This document shows positions 1-11,750 of a stretch of DNA of 64,000 nucleotides, piece after piece (position 1 is the stretch's first letter; the number at the start of each line of letters is the position of its first letter). This DNA comes from Raillietiella orientalis (lineage: Eukaryota). The stretch spans positions 2,480,001 through 2,544,000 of the forward strand of contig JAYWIR010000028.1 in assembly GCA_036172245.1 (NCBI GenBank). Direction: 5' to 3'. Position numbers and translations under genes: made by a program. The notes under the pieces are model-generated. The model was given only the letters and a program-made list of their open reading frames with translations. It had not been told where the DNA came from and made no database searches.

Positions 1-179
1 TGCAGAGCAATCTTTACTGAGCAAGGAATTATCCCGGTTTCGCGAGGAGACAAAACGATGTTTCGTAAATGCATGAAACCAGTTTTCACGTTCTTCTTGG
101 CACCCGATGCAGCTGGGTGCTTAGCAACTGCGACCACTCGACGGGCTGATGAAGGGGCACAAACCTCGAAAGCTTGGAA

Positions 180-950
180 GTGAATGAGTTCCTCACTATA
201 CCTCACCGTGAATTCTTCGAATCGCGGAAATGATCACAATATGTGCGTTCTTCTTCTTCTGAAATTTCGCGAACGACGCTGTCACAAAATGCAGAAAGCT
301 GGTGGGATTGAAACAGCACTAAGTGGCACATCGATCAAACACGAGTGTTCTGTTCGATGGCACAGATGAACTAAGAGAGCGAACCATCTCTGCTCGCGAG
401 GTTCCCGGTCCAACAAGTTCATCAGAAGGCCAGCCCATCCCAAGTGCAATTGGAAGCGGAAAGAGCATGAAATTGGGGCTTCCGTCTCGGCACGTCGAAC
501 AGGTTTCACCATGTTTTTTAGATTCGTCGAGGGAAAAGAAGGGGGGAAAAAAAGGAGAGGTAATCGACTGTGGATGCTCCGAACGATCGCAGCCGAACTC
601 AAATCGGCGATGGACGAGCATCCTCTGATCCCTTAAGCGAAACGCAGCAGCGCTCTTGCGCCATTGCGAGGACGGTGGCGCTCCGAGAGCAAATGGCGTC
701 GAACCGAGGTGACGCTTCTGACAATTTTCTCCGAGCAGATTCCTCCGCGCTTCTTCCGCAGGAAAAACAATAACAAAGATGCACTCTTCTCGAGAGATTC
801 ACTCGATTTTTCGTCCAGGAAGAGCGGAGCGGATGCGCAAATGTGTTGGCGCCGGCGGCTGCAAGCCTACGTGTGCGATATCGGCAAATGAAGAAGGAGT
901 TCACGGAACCCAAACGTCAGCGACCGGGTCCGTTCGAGAGATCCCTCGAT
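180..950 (+). mobile_element. Helitron PIF1-helicase relic (C-terminal half)
   Basis: SLYLTVNS ~ L.LT.NMR; DELRERTISA ~ ERAILAP; APNDRSRTQIG ~ PPHKLRLKVG; SRKSGADAQ...AYVCDIGK*RRSSR ~ INKSQGQT...PVFSHGQLYVALSR, in the expected order. Confidence 0.5.
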
Positions 951-1799
951 TCAATATTTTTTTTTTTTCCTTGCATCCGAATTAGTAAACAGAGCTGCGG
1001 AATGCGGAGTCTGTTCTAATTGAATTGCTTTCAGCCTCGCAACGGAAACTTTGCGATGCTCTTCCTTCGCGAATGAATGGATAACTTCTCTATGGGAAGC
1101 TGAAGCGTCAAGGAATCACGTCAGGGAAAAGCAAAAGGGTTTCGGAGGATGAAAGGCGCAGGCATCACGTTTGGAAGCATCCTTTTCGAAAGCTCTCCAA
1201 GGAGGGGAACCGGAAGATGAAACGTACGAATTTACACTCCGACAGCGAAAACCAAAGAAGAAAAACGGATGCTTGCGATTCGGAACAGAATGTGGTAAGC
1301 AGTGGAGTAATGCAGAGCTGAGTTTTCGATTGAGCACGAGAATCGGTGATTATTAGGTCTTTTCGCCTTTCCTGTAGGCCGGCTGAATCACCTACTGATT
1401 TGATAGTGTAGAGCCTGCAACAAAAAAACTCCCGGATGGTAAATGTCAGCTGCTTCCGGTCCTCTCCGTCACACCCCCGTCAGAAGCAGTGCTCATTGCC
1501 GCTTGTGGAATATGGAACTCTGGATAACTCTGGAAGCATTTGCTTCTCCTCAAGCGAGAATCTCTTCAGCCCTCCGCAACTTTGATTGCTTCCTGGGGAA
1601 ACTAGAATGTGCATACCTGTGATCTTTTCGATTCCCCTTCCCTTGTCTCCAGGACACGTTAGTAGGACCTCTTGTGCGTGTCCTTGATTTCTCCCTAGAT
1701 TCCTTGGATGCTTCGATCAACATGTCTTTAGATGCCAAATCCCTTGCGTAAATCGCGTCTCCAGATACGTTCCAGTTGCATGCGGCCTGAAAGATGTAG

Positions 1800-2026
1800 T
1801 GAGTTACGTGAAGATTTGAAGCATCCAGAAACAGGTATCTCCAGCAAGGCCATGTGAACAGCTTCGTGAAGGACATTTTCGAGCTCATCGCCCAAGCATG
1901 AGCGTCCCGCCTGTCCCACTGCGACAAGCCCGCGACCATCCCCAGCCGGGAAGTGCAGCCGGCGATGCGCGCGTTGGCTGCCCGAAGAACGGGCCGTCTC
2001 GGAAAACGCGAAAGCTGTGATGGAAG
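1800..2026 (+). pseudogene. Histone H2B pseudogene
   Basis: [11 protein letters not shown] / NSFVKDIFELIAQ* / ASRLSHCDKPATI / SREVQPAMR / LPEE / VSENAKAV versus canonical [70 protein letters not shown]; contains frameshifts, deletions and a stop. Confidence 0.9.
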
Positions 2027-2299
2027 TGAACTGTGCTTTGGCCAGCCCGTACAATCGACTTTCGTTCAGGCATTTCGTTCATTGGAGGCAGCACGTACTT
2101 CCTGCAGTCACCCTCTCTTCAGGATAAATCTCGCCTTGAAGGGAGAGCTCTGGCATGGCTGAGAGACCGGAAGGAACTTCTTGGATTCTGATGTCATCGA
2201 GTAAAGGGCTGTCCTTCCTGCTTGCTGTCCGTTTCAGGAGCCACCGGTGACTTTCATTCGATAGACAGTCGATCTAGAAAAGTCCTACCAAGTCCGATT

Positions 2300-2950
2300 T
2301 GCGTGGGAACTCTGTCTTTCTATCCTTCCATTCTTTGACGTTTGGGCGCATCATGAGGTTTTTGTTCGCGCTTGACGATTCTCTCGATCGTCTCGAAACG
2401 CCCGGATCTCACGTGCAAAGAGTTTCCGGTGATGGTGGCATCCTCTTCGATTGGGATTAGCAGCCTCTGAGAAAAAGAAATGATTGGAGAGATCATTCCG
2501 ATCCTCGGAGCGGATCCCTCCTTACCACTCATTTCTTGTTGCGGCCCATCGTCTGCCGCTGTTGCCAACACGTTCGGCGGCCTGAGCCCAGAATCCCTCT
2601 TCCCGGAAAAGAGGACGGCGAGATCTGCAGGCTTGCCTGCCACCTTCTTCCGAAGGAAGCCAATCTGACCCCCGAGATCACCTCGCCTGCTTGCCGACTT
2701 CTTTTTGCGGGGTTTTACCATTTCTTCTGAATCTGTGCCGCCGACAGAGAACTTTCCAGACCTGGAAGTATTTTCCCCATTGCTGTTCCAAGGTGGCAAG
2801 CCGTGAACTTCCCAGAGCTCGTGAGAGATTTCCTTCCGAAGTACTCTCAGTGCTTTTTCGCAACAGATCAGGCGTTCGCTCATTTCCTCTCTGACGATTC
2901 TGTCTGGAGGTCTTTGATGTGTAAACAAACTGGAACCATAGATCGATCTT
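2300..2950 (-). mobile_element. Helitron RepHel N-terminal relic
   Basis: RLICCEKALRVL ~ CC..GKV.L; FLRKKVAGKPADLAVL ~ PTFKVQGQVYHRIGSL; IISFSQRLL ~ II..LQ.ML. Confidence 0.35.
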
Positions 2951-4099
2951 CTCTCATGACTCCTCCTTCCACCATGACTCTGATTCGCCTTGGAACCTGC
3001 GGCGTTCCCTCTGACAACTCGACATCTCGTCTTCATCTAATTTATCCTGCATTTATCTCGGTGTGCCACGACCCCTTCGACTGTCGTTCACCCACACCTT
3101 CTCGAGTGAGATGAGTTTTAGTCATGCAAGGGTTCTGCTTTGCGCAGAAGCTGATTCGCTTTCAGGCTACAAACCGCTCCAGTTTTGAGCTGCATCCTTC
3201 TTCCGGTGTCCATTTCTTGCTTTCTGTTGTGGTTTTAGAGATAGAGATCTCTACTTTCCCCGTTTGAAGCTGACTTCATCGTTCATTTCATTGGACAGTT
3301 GCTTCCACCGCCGTATGTGAAACCACCAAAGCACAAAAGTGGGTACCCTGTTGCTTGCTTCTTTAACCCTCTGAAAAAAGAGAAAAAGCAATTTTCCGAG
3401 TGATTTAGGGGGTGCTCTTTCAAGGACTGTCGTCTCATAAGTTCAATCCTTTAAGTGCGAAGCAACGGATCTGTCTGCTTGCTGTATTGAAGTTCCGTTT
3501 CGAAACGAATTCTCGTCTGCGGTGGCAAACTTCACTCTGTTTGCTCCTAGAGGAAACTTTCCATGCACACGTTTCCGCCTTTTATGACGTCATCCGTCTT
3601 GATCGAGAAACGTGATCCTCTGACGCTGATTCTCTGCGTTTTTTCTCTCTTTTCTTTTTGAAATGGACTCGCGTACTTGGGAAAAATTCTACAGCTCTGT
3701 TCTTGCCATTATTTCTTGCACTCTGGTTGATCCTCTCGTTTCCCTTTTCTTACTTGGAATGCTCAACTGAAAAAACTGTTTCATCCAGAAAGGAGAGTCT
3801 TCTGAGATTTTCAAGCCTGGATTTATATCCTGCATCTTGGATATCACATCGAAAAAATAGGCAGTTGAGAGCTGCCGGGTTGATTTCCCAGTCCACAATC
3901 TCTTTGAATGTCATCTTGCTCTCTCAGGATGCAGCGTCTCAGCGAGCTGTTAGCTGTGAAGACAGAGCTCTTAAAGAACGCAAGTTCGTAGAAAGTTGGG
4001 CAAAAGAAGGCGTGCGTACATTCTCCGAATATGGAAGCAGCTGCTCAGCACGAAGGGGCACAGACCCGTTCTCGAGACTTAAAGAGTCTTCGCTTTAAG

Positions 4100-4720
4100 T
4101 TCATCACCATAGCACCTGACACTTGAAATCGGCCAGACATTACGTCTTTGCTCTCTTCTCAAAGGATCAAGAAGTTCAGATTTGAAGAGAAGCGTCCTTT
4201 TGGGAAAGTTAATAGAAGAAATGCTTGCTTGCAGTCTGTGGCCAGAGCACAGACTTCCGAGAGCACCCACCCTGCTCGGGGATGCAGACGACTTGTTCCC
4301 GCACTGCAGGTCAGGGCGTCCCTTACGTTTGTCCGAAGTGCGGTCGAGAGACGGCAGCAGAAGGCCTTTGTGACTCCAGCGATCAGCTACTGCTTCCCTT
4401 GCGTTGTTGCTACTGCGCTTTTTCCTTCGGGAGCTGGCCGCGACGGGCGCCACCGCTCAGCAGCATCCGGTGCGTTCCATCCTGTTTCTGGAGCCGACAA
4501 ACGAGCGTCGCTCGTGCGGCAGCAACCTTCTCGCGACCAGCCCAAAACTCGTCTCCTCTGCAGCAGCACACCTTCGAGCGTCCGGTTCACCTTCTTCACT
4601 TGCCGAGACGACTGCCTGCGTTGCACGGCGTCCGTTAATCTGCGCCGCGTTTCGGCAGGTCAGGGTGCCCATGACCTGCTTGATCCTCCGAGCAACCGAC
4701 ATAACCTTCTAGAAGTAACC
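4100..4720 (-). mobile_element. Ty3/Gypsy integrase relic
   Basis: QSSRQVKKVNRTLEGVL...W...APETGWNAP ~ QSNGQVERVNRTLK..L...W...TP..TG.SP. Confidence 0.6.
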
Positions 4721-4739
4721 TGCGTATAGGGCACCCAAG

Positions 4740-5440
4740 ATGTGCACGGGGCCGAAAATGGGAAGTGATGGTCTCCGGCGAGTCACTGCTGGAGATCGAC
4801 TCAAGTCTCTGCCCTTATTCGGTGCCCCGGAACGAAAGCGGCACTACCAGCCTAGAAGAAGCACAACATATCCAATACGTGGGGGATACTAACTATGGGA
4901 AGAGTCGACACACATCCCAAATCTCTGCGTGAGAGACTTCAGTTTCGCCATCTCAAGAGGCACACACGATTCCGTCAACCTGATCGAAGAAGTGGCGCAA
5001 GTAAAATCGAGCTGGTGGCCGCAAACCAACGAGCTATAGAAGACGACCCAAAGCATCTCCCGTAACTAGGGCTCAAGAACGGAGGGAGAGTCATCAGAGT
5101 TGATGTTGCCTTCACATGTGGAAACTCGACTGCAGCATGGAAGGAAGCGAGGCAAAGGGGTCCAAATACCAGTGACTTCTCTCCTGGAGGGCACCGACTT
5201 CCGCGCGAGCATCGGCGGTAGCATTCCAGGAGAAGTCCAAGAGCAGCGAGCTGCTGAGGGAACTCGGGGTCCCTTGCATACGAGCAGAAATCTGAAGTGC
5301 AAGATGCTGTGCAAAGCCAGGGACACGCACTGGGAATACGCTCTGGGCTACAGAGTGAACATCATCCACGGCGACTGCGACTGCACCATCGCTGGGAAGC
5401 AAGCGAGCTCACAGGTGCCGAACTCGGAATACCTGGAAAG
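4740..5440 (+). mobile_element. 3' end of a NeSL/Utopia/R2-clade non-LTR retrotransposon (zinc knuckle, restriction-like endonuclease, 3'UTR), decayed
   Basis: DRLKSLPLFGA ~ ARLNLLPLNGA; EESTHIPNLC ~ ETLPHILNHC; LGLKNGGRVIRVDVAFTCGNSTAAWKEARQR ~ PDLV......VDV.VPFEN...A...AR..K; ARDTHWEYALGYR ~ SRDIYVEHITGHR. Confidence 0.65.
5358..5433 (+). repeat. 76-bp inverted-repeat arm A
   Basis: Reverse complement of 7617-7692 with 3 mismatches. Confidence 0.95.
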
Positions 5441-6149
5441 ACTTTTATTTGCTTAAGAAGGGATTGCTTCGCACTCTGGAATCGGCTTCCGAGAGGTGCC
5501 GGGGTTCTTGTGGAGAGTAACTCCCTCTTCCCCCCTTCTCCCCACATATTATTGTCTGCACCTTACACCAAACGCTTCCTTTTGCACACTTTCTGAGCTG
5601 AATGAAAAGCTTCCGATCAGATAATCACATGCTGGAGATTGTCCAGAGTTTATATGGGGTAACAAAAATGTTGAGTGGAACGAATATCTCTTCGTCAGAT
5701 GAGCTTACGGATCGAATAAGTCCCTCCATTGGGAACTTCCAGCATTTTTCAAGACAAATTTGCCAAACTTCCTGTTGAGACTTAGAGGCACTTTTGCACT
5801 GGGATTCGAGAATTCGTTGCATGGAAAATTCCTTTTGATCGGTTCCTCTCATCTGCACAAGTTCCAATCGAGATGTGTACTAACTTGTAGTTTTGACCAG
5901 TGAAAAAAAGCAGCACAGGAATTTTCCTTTTATTCCAACAGTACCAAGGCTCATCTTCTGTAGAATCTGGTGCTTCGTTTCGACTCTTATCTCTCTCTGG
6001 AATTGATGGACTTTTGGAAAAAAACTGCGCGCCGTTTTTTTTCTTTTGCTGTTTTCTGTTCAGCTCGACCAAATCGGCAACCCCTGTGCAGTCTTCACCG
6101 TTCGAGCATACTGACTCTCGAGCGAGAAAAGCCTTTAAAAATCAAATGC

Positions 6150-6900
6150 TTTAACATTTCAAGACAGAAGACGAGTGGCTTTATACATTTTGACTGACAT
6201 TGTATGAAATACTCAGCAGTGGCAAGATGAAACCAAGTGCAGCTTCCGTGATCGATACATCGTACATCATCACTCTTACGCTAAGAAATTTTCCTTGGAG
6301 ACATGAAAATTCATCTTGGATTTTTGCAGATGTCAGAAGACTCGGTCAGGATTCTTTAGAAGGCAATCTGAGGCGCAATTTTGTTGCGCATCTTCAGAGA
6401 ATCCTGAGTCTTCCGTGATAGAGAACCTAGGACCTCCTCTGGTCGCCTACCATTATAGAAGAAAGTCGGCTTGCGCTCACTCCAGCACAGAAAGACATGT
6501 CTTTAACTGACGGAAAAAGATCCTGACTAGGAAGGAACCACGTCTTGCGTTGGTCAGCACAGTGTCCTCTGTCAACGGGAACCGCATTCGGTCGGCGAAC
6601 TACCACCACTTCTTGCCCGCGGCACCTGCAAACCTATGCAAGTTGCATCCACTGGAAGCGGCATCGAGCCGTATGTCCAGCAGATGTTCGGTTAGGCAGG
6701 AGTTTCTTCAGTATGTTATTAATCACTGCGTGTTTAACTCCCGAGCCGCAACTCATCGTCAGTGAACAAACTGAAAAGGAACGCTGGGAGCCGGTTGTTT
6801 GCAATCAATTCATCGCCGAGGCAGATTTCAGCAGGATTATTTTAAAGCAACGAAAAAGTAATCATACTTGACGTTGTCGGCCCCTTCGAGAGCGACTCCG
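6150..6900 (+). mobile_element. Ty3/Gypsy integrase relic
   Basis: RNFPWRHEN ~ YWW..M; FCRCQKTR ~ C..CQ..K; VIENLGPP ~ IDHLGPLP; PLSTGTAF ~ ISDRGTAF; DVRLGRSFFSML ~ VERLNRTILSML. Confidence 0.6.
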
Positions 6901-7616
6901 CCGCTTTAGAAGACTCAGAAAGAGGACAGAGAGTAAACACTGCAGTCTGGCTCGGTGATTCTCCAATAAAGGAGCTCTTGCGTTGGTAAGAGCCACTGTT
7001 GTAGTGACCCTTGGTTCTTGGGATCCAGGAAATGACAAGGCATTAGAGTAACTCAAAATCAGAAGGCGAGACATCTTTTGTGCCAAAAAGGAAACAGCAC
7101 GCAATGCTCTCAGAAGATGTATTGGAACCATGGGATGAGTTACCGAATGCCGTCATCTTACTAAGAAGAAATTTACAATCTTCTAAGATCTCAAGGTTGT
7201 GGAAACTGAACATAATTTCCCCTTCCCGGATTCTGCACACTCTCTGCAGAAACTTTTTCTGTCCCCTGTGTACCAACACCCAGAACGAACACGGGGAATC
7301 GAAATCATTGCAGAGATGCACATCCCTATCATGTCATCAGGAGTGCTGCCAGTAAGCCGGAACAGTGTTTTTTCTTACCCAAGGATGTGGACTGGAGTGG
7401 ACTGATTATGCGAGGATCCTTTCCTTCAGTCGAAAATCTGATCTGCTAAGAAGCGTGGTACACTTGCTTCACATTGCCTTCGGCTCTTTTGCTTCCTTTC
7501 GATGCGAAATCCCTCTTCGAAAACCTTTTCTCGATTCATCTCGAAATTTCTCATCTTTCCGGAAGTAGCAACTCTCACTGCACCATCCCTCCTGGACCCT
7601 GTAGATGTAAGTTTGG

Positions 7617-7692
7617 GGTATTCCGAGTTCGACGCCTGTGAGCTCGCTTGCTTCCCAGCGATGGTGCAGTCGCGGTCGCCGTGGATGATGTT
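7617..7692 (-). repeat. 76-bp inverted-repeat arm B
   Basis: Reverse complement of 5358-5433 with 3 mismatches. Confidence 0.95.
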
Positions 7693-7719
7693 TGCACTCT
7701 AGCTGGTATCTGTGCCGCA

Positions 7720-8750
7720 TGCAAAAAATTCGTGTCACTGAGCACAGTGCGCAGCAAGTGTGTTCCAGGCGCACACCAAAGCAAAAGACAGCAATAAGAT
7801 CGATCCGCGCCTCTCGACGCTGTGCTGCCAACTGTTTGTAGGAACCAAGAAAGCGTTAATCAGAAGACGCGCTTTGATGAGTGGAAGGTTGGTGCCGTCC
7901 CCAGAAGAGTGGAGAAACCGAGTGCAAGAAATGTTTTACAATTGCAGTCTTTGACCTGTCAGTTACTAGTAGCTGGTTTCATGCATCGTGGCTGGGCATC
8001 CCTTGGATGAGGTAGAACGGAGGGGGTGAATCATGGGGCAGATGATCCGCGGAATTTCAGTGAGAGCTTTATTTGCGGGCCGGAAGCACAGGAGATGAGA
8101 GATGCATCCACGATGAGAAGAGCAACAAGTGTATCCACGTTTGGAGACTAGTAAGGCCCCTGTTCGGAAGCGCACTGCTGCGAAGATTACCATGAATTAG
8201 CATACATAACATTCTTGACGAGAGCGTTAAGATGGTGCCAGATTGCAAAGAAGGAATTTGAGAATGAGGATGCGAACAGCGCGAAGTGGGATCCGTCAGG
8301 GGCAGGGCGTTTGGTGAATCTGCTGCCGGGGAGCCACTGTGCAAGAACTCGCGAACTCTTCGAGGAAGTGCGGGAAAGTCTCGCGCCTACCAGAATTTTA
8401 GCGGAACCTCGCAGGGAACGGAACGACCATGAGGCCATCCAAGAACGAGTGTCGACCTCCCCATCGAGTAGAGTGACTGGCCGAAAACTTCAATGGAACA
8501 GTTCGTTGGCAACCATTTGATACGCGCTCATTGGACGCAGATCGACGATCGGTGATTCCGGACATCCGTGAGGCGGGACTGGTCGTCGAGATGAGCTCCC
8601 AGGAGAAGAAGGTCAATCCTCGGTGCAAGCTCGTTCAGGTACCAGCAAGGAAGCGTTCAAACGGAAGACGAAGCTCACAAAAAATTGTTTGGCCATGAGA
8701 AGCAAATTCGGAGGGGCGATTCATGAGGACGAACAGGACGGCCAGACTGC
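7720..8750 (+). mobile_element. Helitron PIF1-helicase relic
   Basis: ALMSGRLVPS ~ LLPGGRTVHS; QMIRGISVRALFAGRK ~ RTLRDI...PFGGK; FLTRALR...NSAKWDPSGAGRL ~ LTKNMR...FAKWLLSIGDG; ELPGEE ~ RLPGEE. Confidence 0.55.
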
Positions 8751-8849
8751 CGAAGAATGGAACATGAGGGCGACAAAGCCCAGAACGAATCCGGAGAGAA
8801 ACAACGGCAGCAGCAAGAAAGGAAAGTTTTGTGTCTTGAAATCCGGTTG

Positions 8850-9805
8850 ATTTCGGAGTTGTCCGCAGCCCCAACCCCAGCAACGGCGTTCTGAAAGAAC
8901 TGAAAATCCCCGAGCACCAAGGGAAGGACCTCAGGTATGTGATGGTGGGCTGGGGCATGCACCATGCTCACGCCATGAACTAGACGCATTGGTTGGGTGA
9001 TAAGGAGCCCTCCGACAATCTCAGCCTCGTCGGGAAGAGTGGGATACATAAAATGACTATGCTGGAAGATAATGGAAAATCCCTCTTCATTCTCCCCCGC
9101 CAACATGCATTGTACAAGCCAAAGGTACATGGAACATCTCTTAGTGCCTAGCATCCTCTACGGCCCTGAAAGGGAGGACATCTTGCATCCTACTTCAAGG
9201 AACAAGACTTCGGTCCTAGCTGTTTTCGCAGATTTTTCTGCTGTCGGAAAAGACCAGGACACTCGAGGTGGTGGCCAAACGGGACGGCAGCCACCTCCAT
9301 CAACCACAGGTCCTTCCTCGAGAATCTGCGCACCCGCCCACCACGCGAGAGAAGAGGAGTGGTGGCTCACCAGCCCGTGAACCTGTCCCGTGGAAATGAA
9401 CCCGAACGGGTCCCTCCGACCCCGCCCGGCGGTACCTACCATCTCTTGGAACAGGGGTGTTCGCGCGACGTTAACTTCCTGGAGCTGAATTTCCCTCTCG
9501 GGTTTCGAGGCAAGCTGCCTTTCGCGCTGCATTCCCGGAGCCTGGAAGGAGGTGGACCGCGTCGAACGAGCTCGATCGTGCTGGAGGGGCACACCAGTGA
9601 GCGTTTCGTGAGCGTCGGATCCATCTCCGCTCCTTTTGCGCATTTCTGGAAGTCGCATCCCGCGTCGCTGACACTCAGGCAGTTGATAATGAACACGGGG
9701 AAGGGAAGAAATAATGGATCCGTAATAAAGCCGATTAGACACGTGTGTCGTGAAACTGATGGTGCAATCATCCGCTAATACCTTCAAATCAATAATGGAT
9801 CCCAC
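8850..9805 (-). mobile_element. Ty3/Gypsy pol relic (RNase H end to integrase)
   Basis: DDCTISF...ISSLP ~ YDYTIEY...LSRLP; MDPTLTK ~ DPTLQKV; AWWAGAQILEE ~ VWWPG.D.DIE; HGVSMVHAPAHH ~ NGIRHVRSAPYH. Confidence 0.55.
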
Positions 9806-10949
9806 GCAATGCTTTCTCCAGCCCCCTTGCCCGAGGGTGAATTAAACAATAATAACAATCAGAAACCCCGTTTTGTGTGTGTGTTTGTGTGTTTGGAGGT
9901 ATCGACGACCGGCCATCTTTTCCCCTCCCCGAGAGCTCGAGGCATTCGCAACACAGCAAGCATCAGGACGATGGTCCTCTCTGACCGTTGGCGGAATAGA
10001 ATCGGCAGGAACTCTGACTTCACCCCCATCCCTCCACCTCACCCTCATCCAGAAAAAAACAAAAAAAAAAAGAGCCATGACGAGGAGGACACTAGGAGAA
10101 AAATGAAGTGAGATGGGAGCAGCAGGAGCATTCGTCGCCAACCTCTCTTTTTTTGCTCACTTCTTGCCCGTGTCATCCAAAGAACCTTCCGTCGAATGCT
10201 CAACCTATGCCATCAGCACATCTTATGCGGCCGTTCGGTCCAAATGGACGCCAACAAGCAAGCACTATGAAACAGCTCCCACGCGTATCTGGCTCTCAAA
10301 GCAGCTCTTTAGGATATGGAACGTCTCTCTCTAGCAGAAGTATGTTTGGTTGGCTTCCCTCGAGATTTCCTGTGCAGTTCTCGCAATGTGAGAGAATTCT
10401 GCCGATCTATTGAATCAGACCTGGAAGATTTCGATACGTCCACCTACTCTGTGCCCTCATGTCTTTTGGAACTTTCGTAGTATTTGCTCTGCCTGTTTTT
10501 AAGGATCGATGCAGTAGCATCCTCAGGATCGCATGATGGCGGTGGGAACGAAGCGGTTCCTTTTCTCCTCTGGCGGATCTCTCCGCTGGATTTCCGTTCG
10601 GGACCCACTCCCAAGAAGAAGAAGCTCCTTTTCCCCCGAGATGATTGCATCAGTGAACGGCACGGTCCAAGCCGAGAGAATGCCGGAACCGAGCATCTTC
10701 TCCAGATGTACAGAGCAAGCCTGACAGGCAACTACTCCTTTCTTTCGTTCATGGTACTAGCGTTGAAAGGCAGCCTAATACTATTGGACTGATACTATTC
10801 GTGCCAGCAAGCGTCTCTTCTGAGGTGAGGACAGAGTTCTCTCGCTTTCACTTTCGAAATTCCACCGAGAAAAATTCCTTTCCATTTCAATCTCGCATTC
10901 ACAGCTTCGCTGCCCCCGCGCTGCGAAAACGTTTGCGCCCTCTCGATCT

Positions 10950-11750
10950 GAAACTGCTCCCTCTCACGACGAACTCATTGAGCCCAATGCGATCGCCCAG
11001 TCGGACTGATGCATCAAGACATCGAACATTCCAAATGGAGCTGAAAGGATGAGGACAAAAGACTCGTTCTTACGGAAACTTTGCACGTGTGTGGCTCCTT
11101 CACCTCGTCGAAGCGCCGAAGCCGAAGGAAAGCAATCCTTTGCAGCCAACTCCTCGGAGCCGCAGCTTCTTGGCAGACTTTTGAACCAATCTGCGAGGGA
11201 AGGCACATCCAAAATTCTCGGAGCAAGGCCGTGGAACAGCGTCTCTGCGTGCTCCTTCATCAACAGAAAACGTTGCAGAGCTTCGTTCGCCGTGAGTGCA
11301 TCCGACTGAAAAATCGCTCTGTAAGAGCCGCTCATCTTTCAAGATGGAAAGAGGTAGGGACCCGCCGAAGCTCGCAGTGCAATGCTGTATTGAACCAGGA
11401 AGCTACTCTAGTCATTTGGAGTTTCTTATGATCTCATAACGTGCACACATCCCAGAGCGAAAGCCGAAGGACGCACGACAAATTGCAGTCGATGTGCAAT
11501 CCGATGGTCTTCCTGCGTGCTTCCATCATTACAGAAATTGATGAAAGTGTGCCCCGGAAAGGAATTTCTTAATCTTCCAGCAAGAAGAACGCGGAATGAA
11601 AGTCCAGGGAACTGCTTCTTTTGTTTGCCTCCCTGATACAAATTTGTTCCTACGCGACGGATTCCTTCCTGATTCGCAACATGCAGACTTTGAATCCGGT
11701 GCAGCCGCATTTCCATTTCATCCTACTCCAGGAGCATTTCTGCAGAGGCC
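10950..11750 (-). mobile_element. Ty3/Gypsy integrase relic
   Basis: SFPGHTFINFCNDGS ~ PFLGHMFLIVVDAHS; EALQRFLLMKEHAETLFHGLAP ~ EKLSRFLLAYRSTPHSTTGVSP. Confidence 0.55.

Noticed and set aside
5358..7692. Inverted pair as terminal inverted repeats of a DNA transposon
   Set aside because: No target-site duplication or transposase is evident; the interior is a Gypsy relic and arm A follows a non-LTR ORF end.
9760..9805. LKVLADDCTI as a reverse-transcriptase (Y/L)ADD catalytic motif
   Set aside because: The context fits the Gypsy RNase H-integrase junction (YDYTIEY...LSRLP) immediately upstream of integrase remnants.
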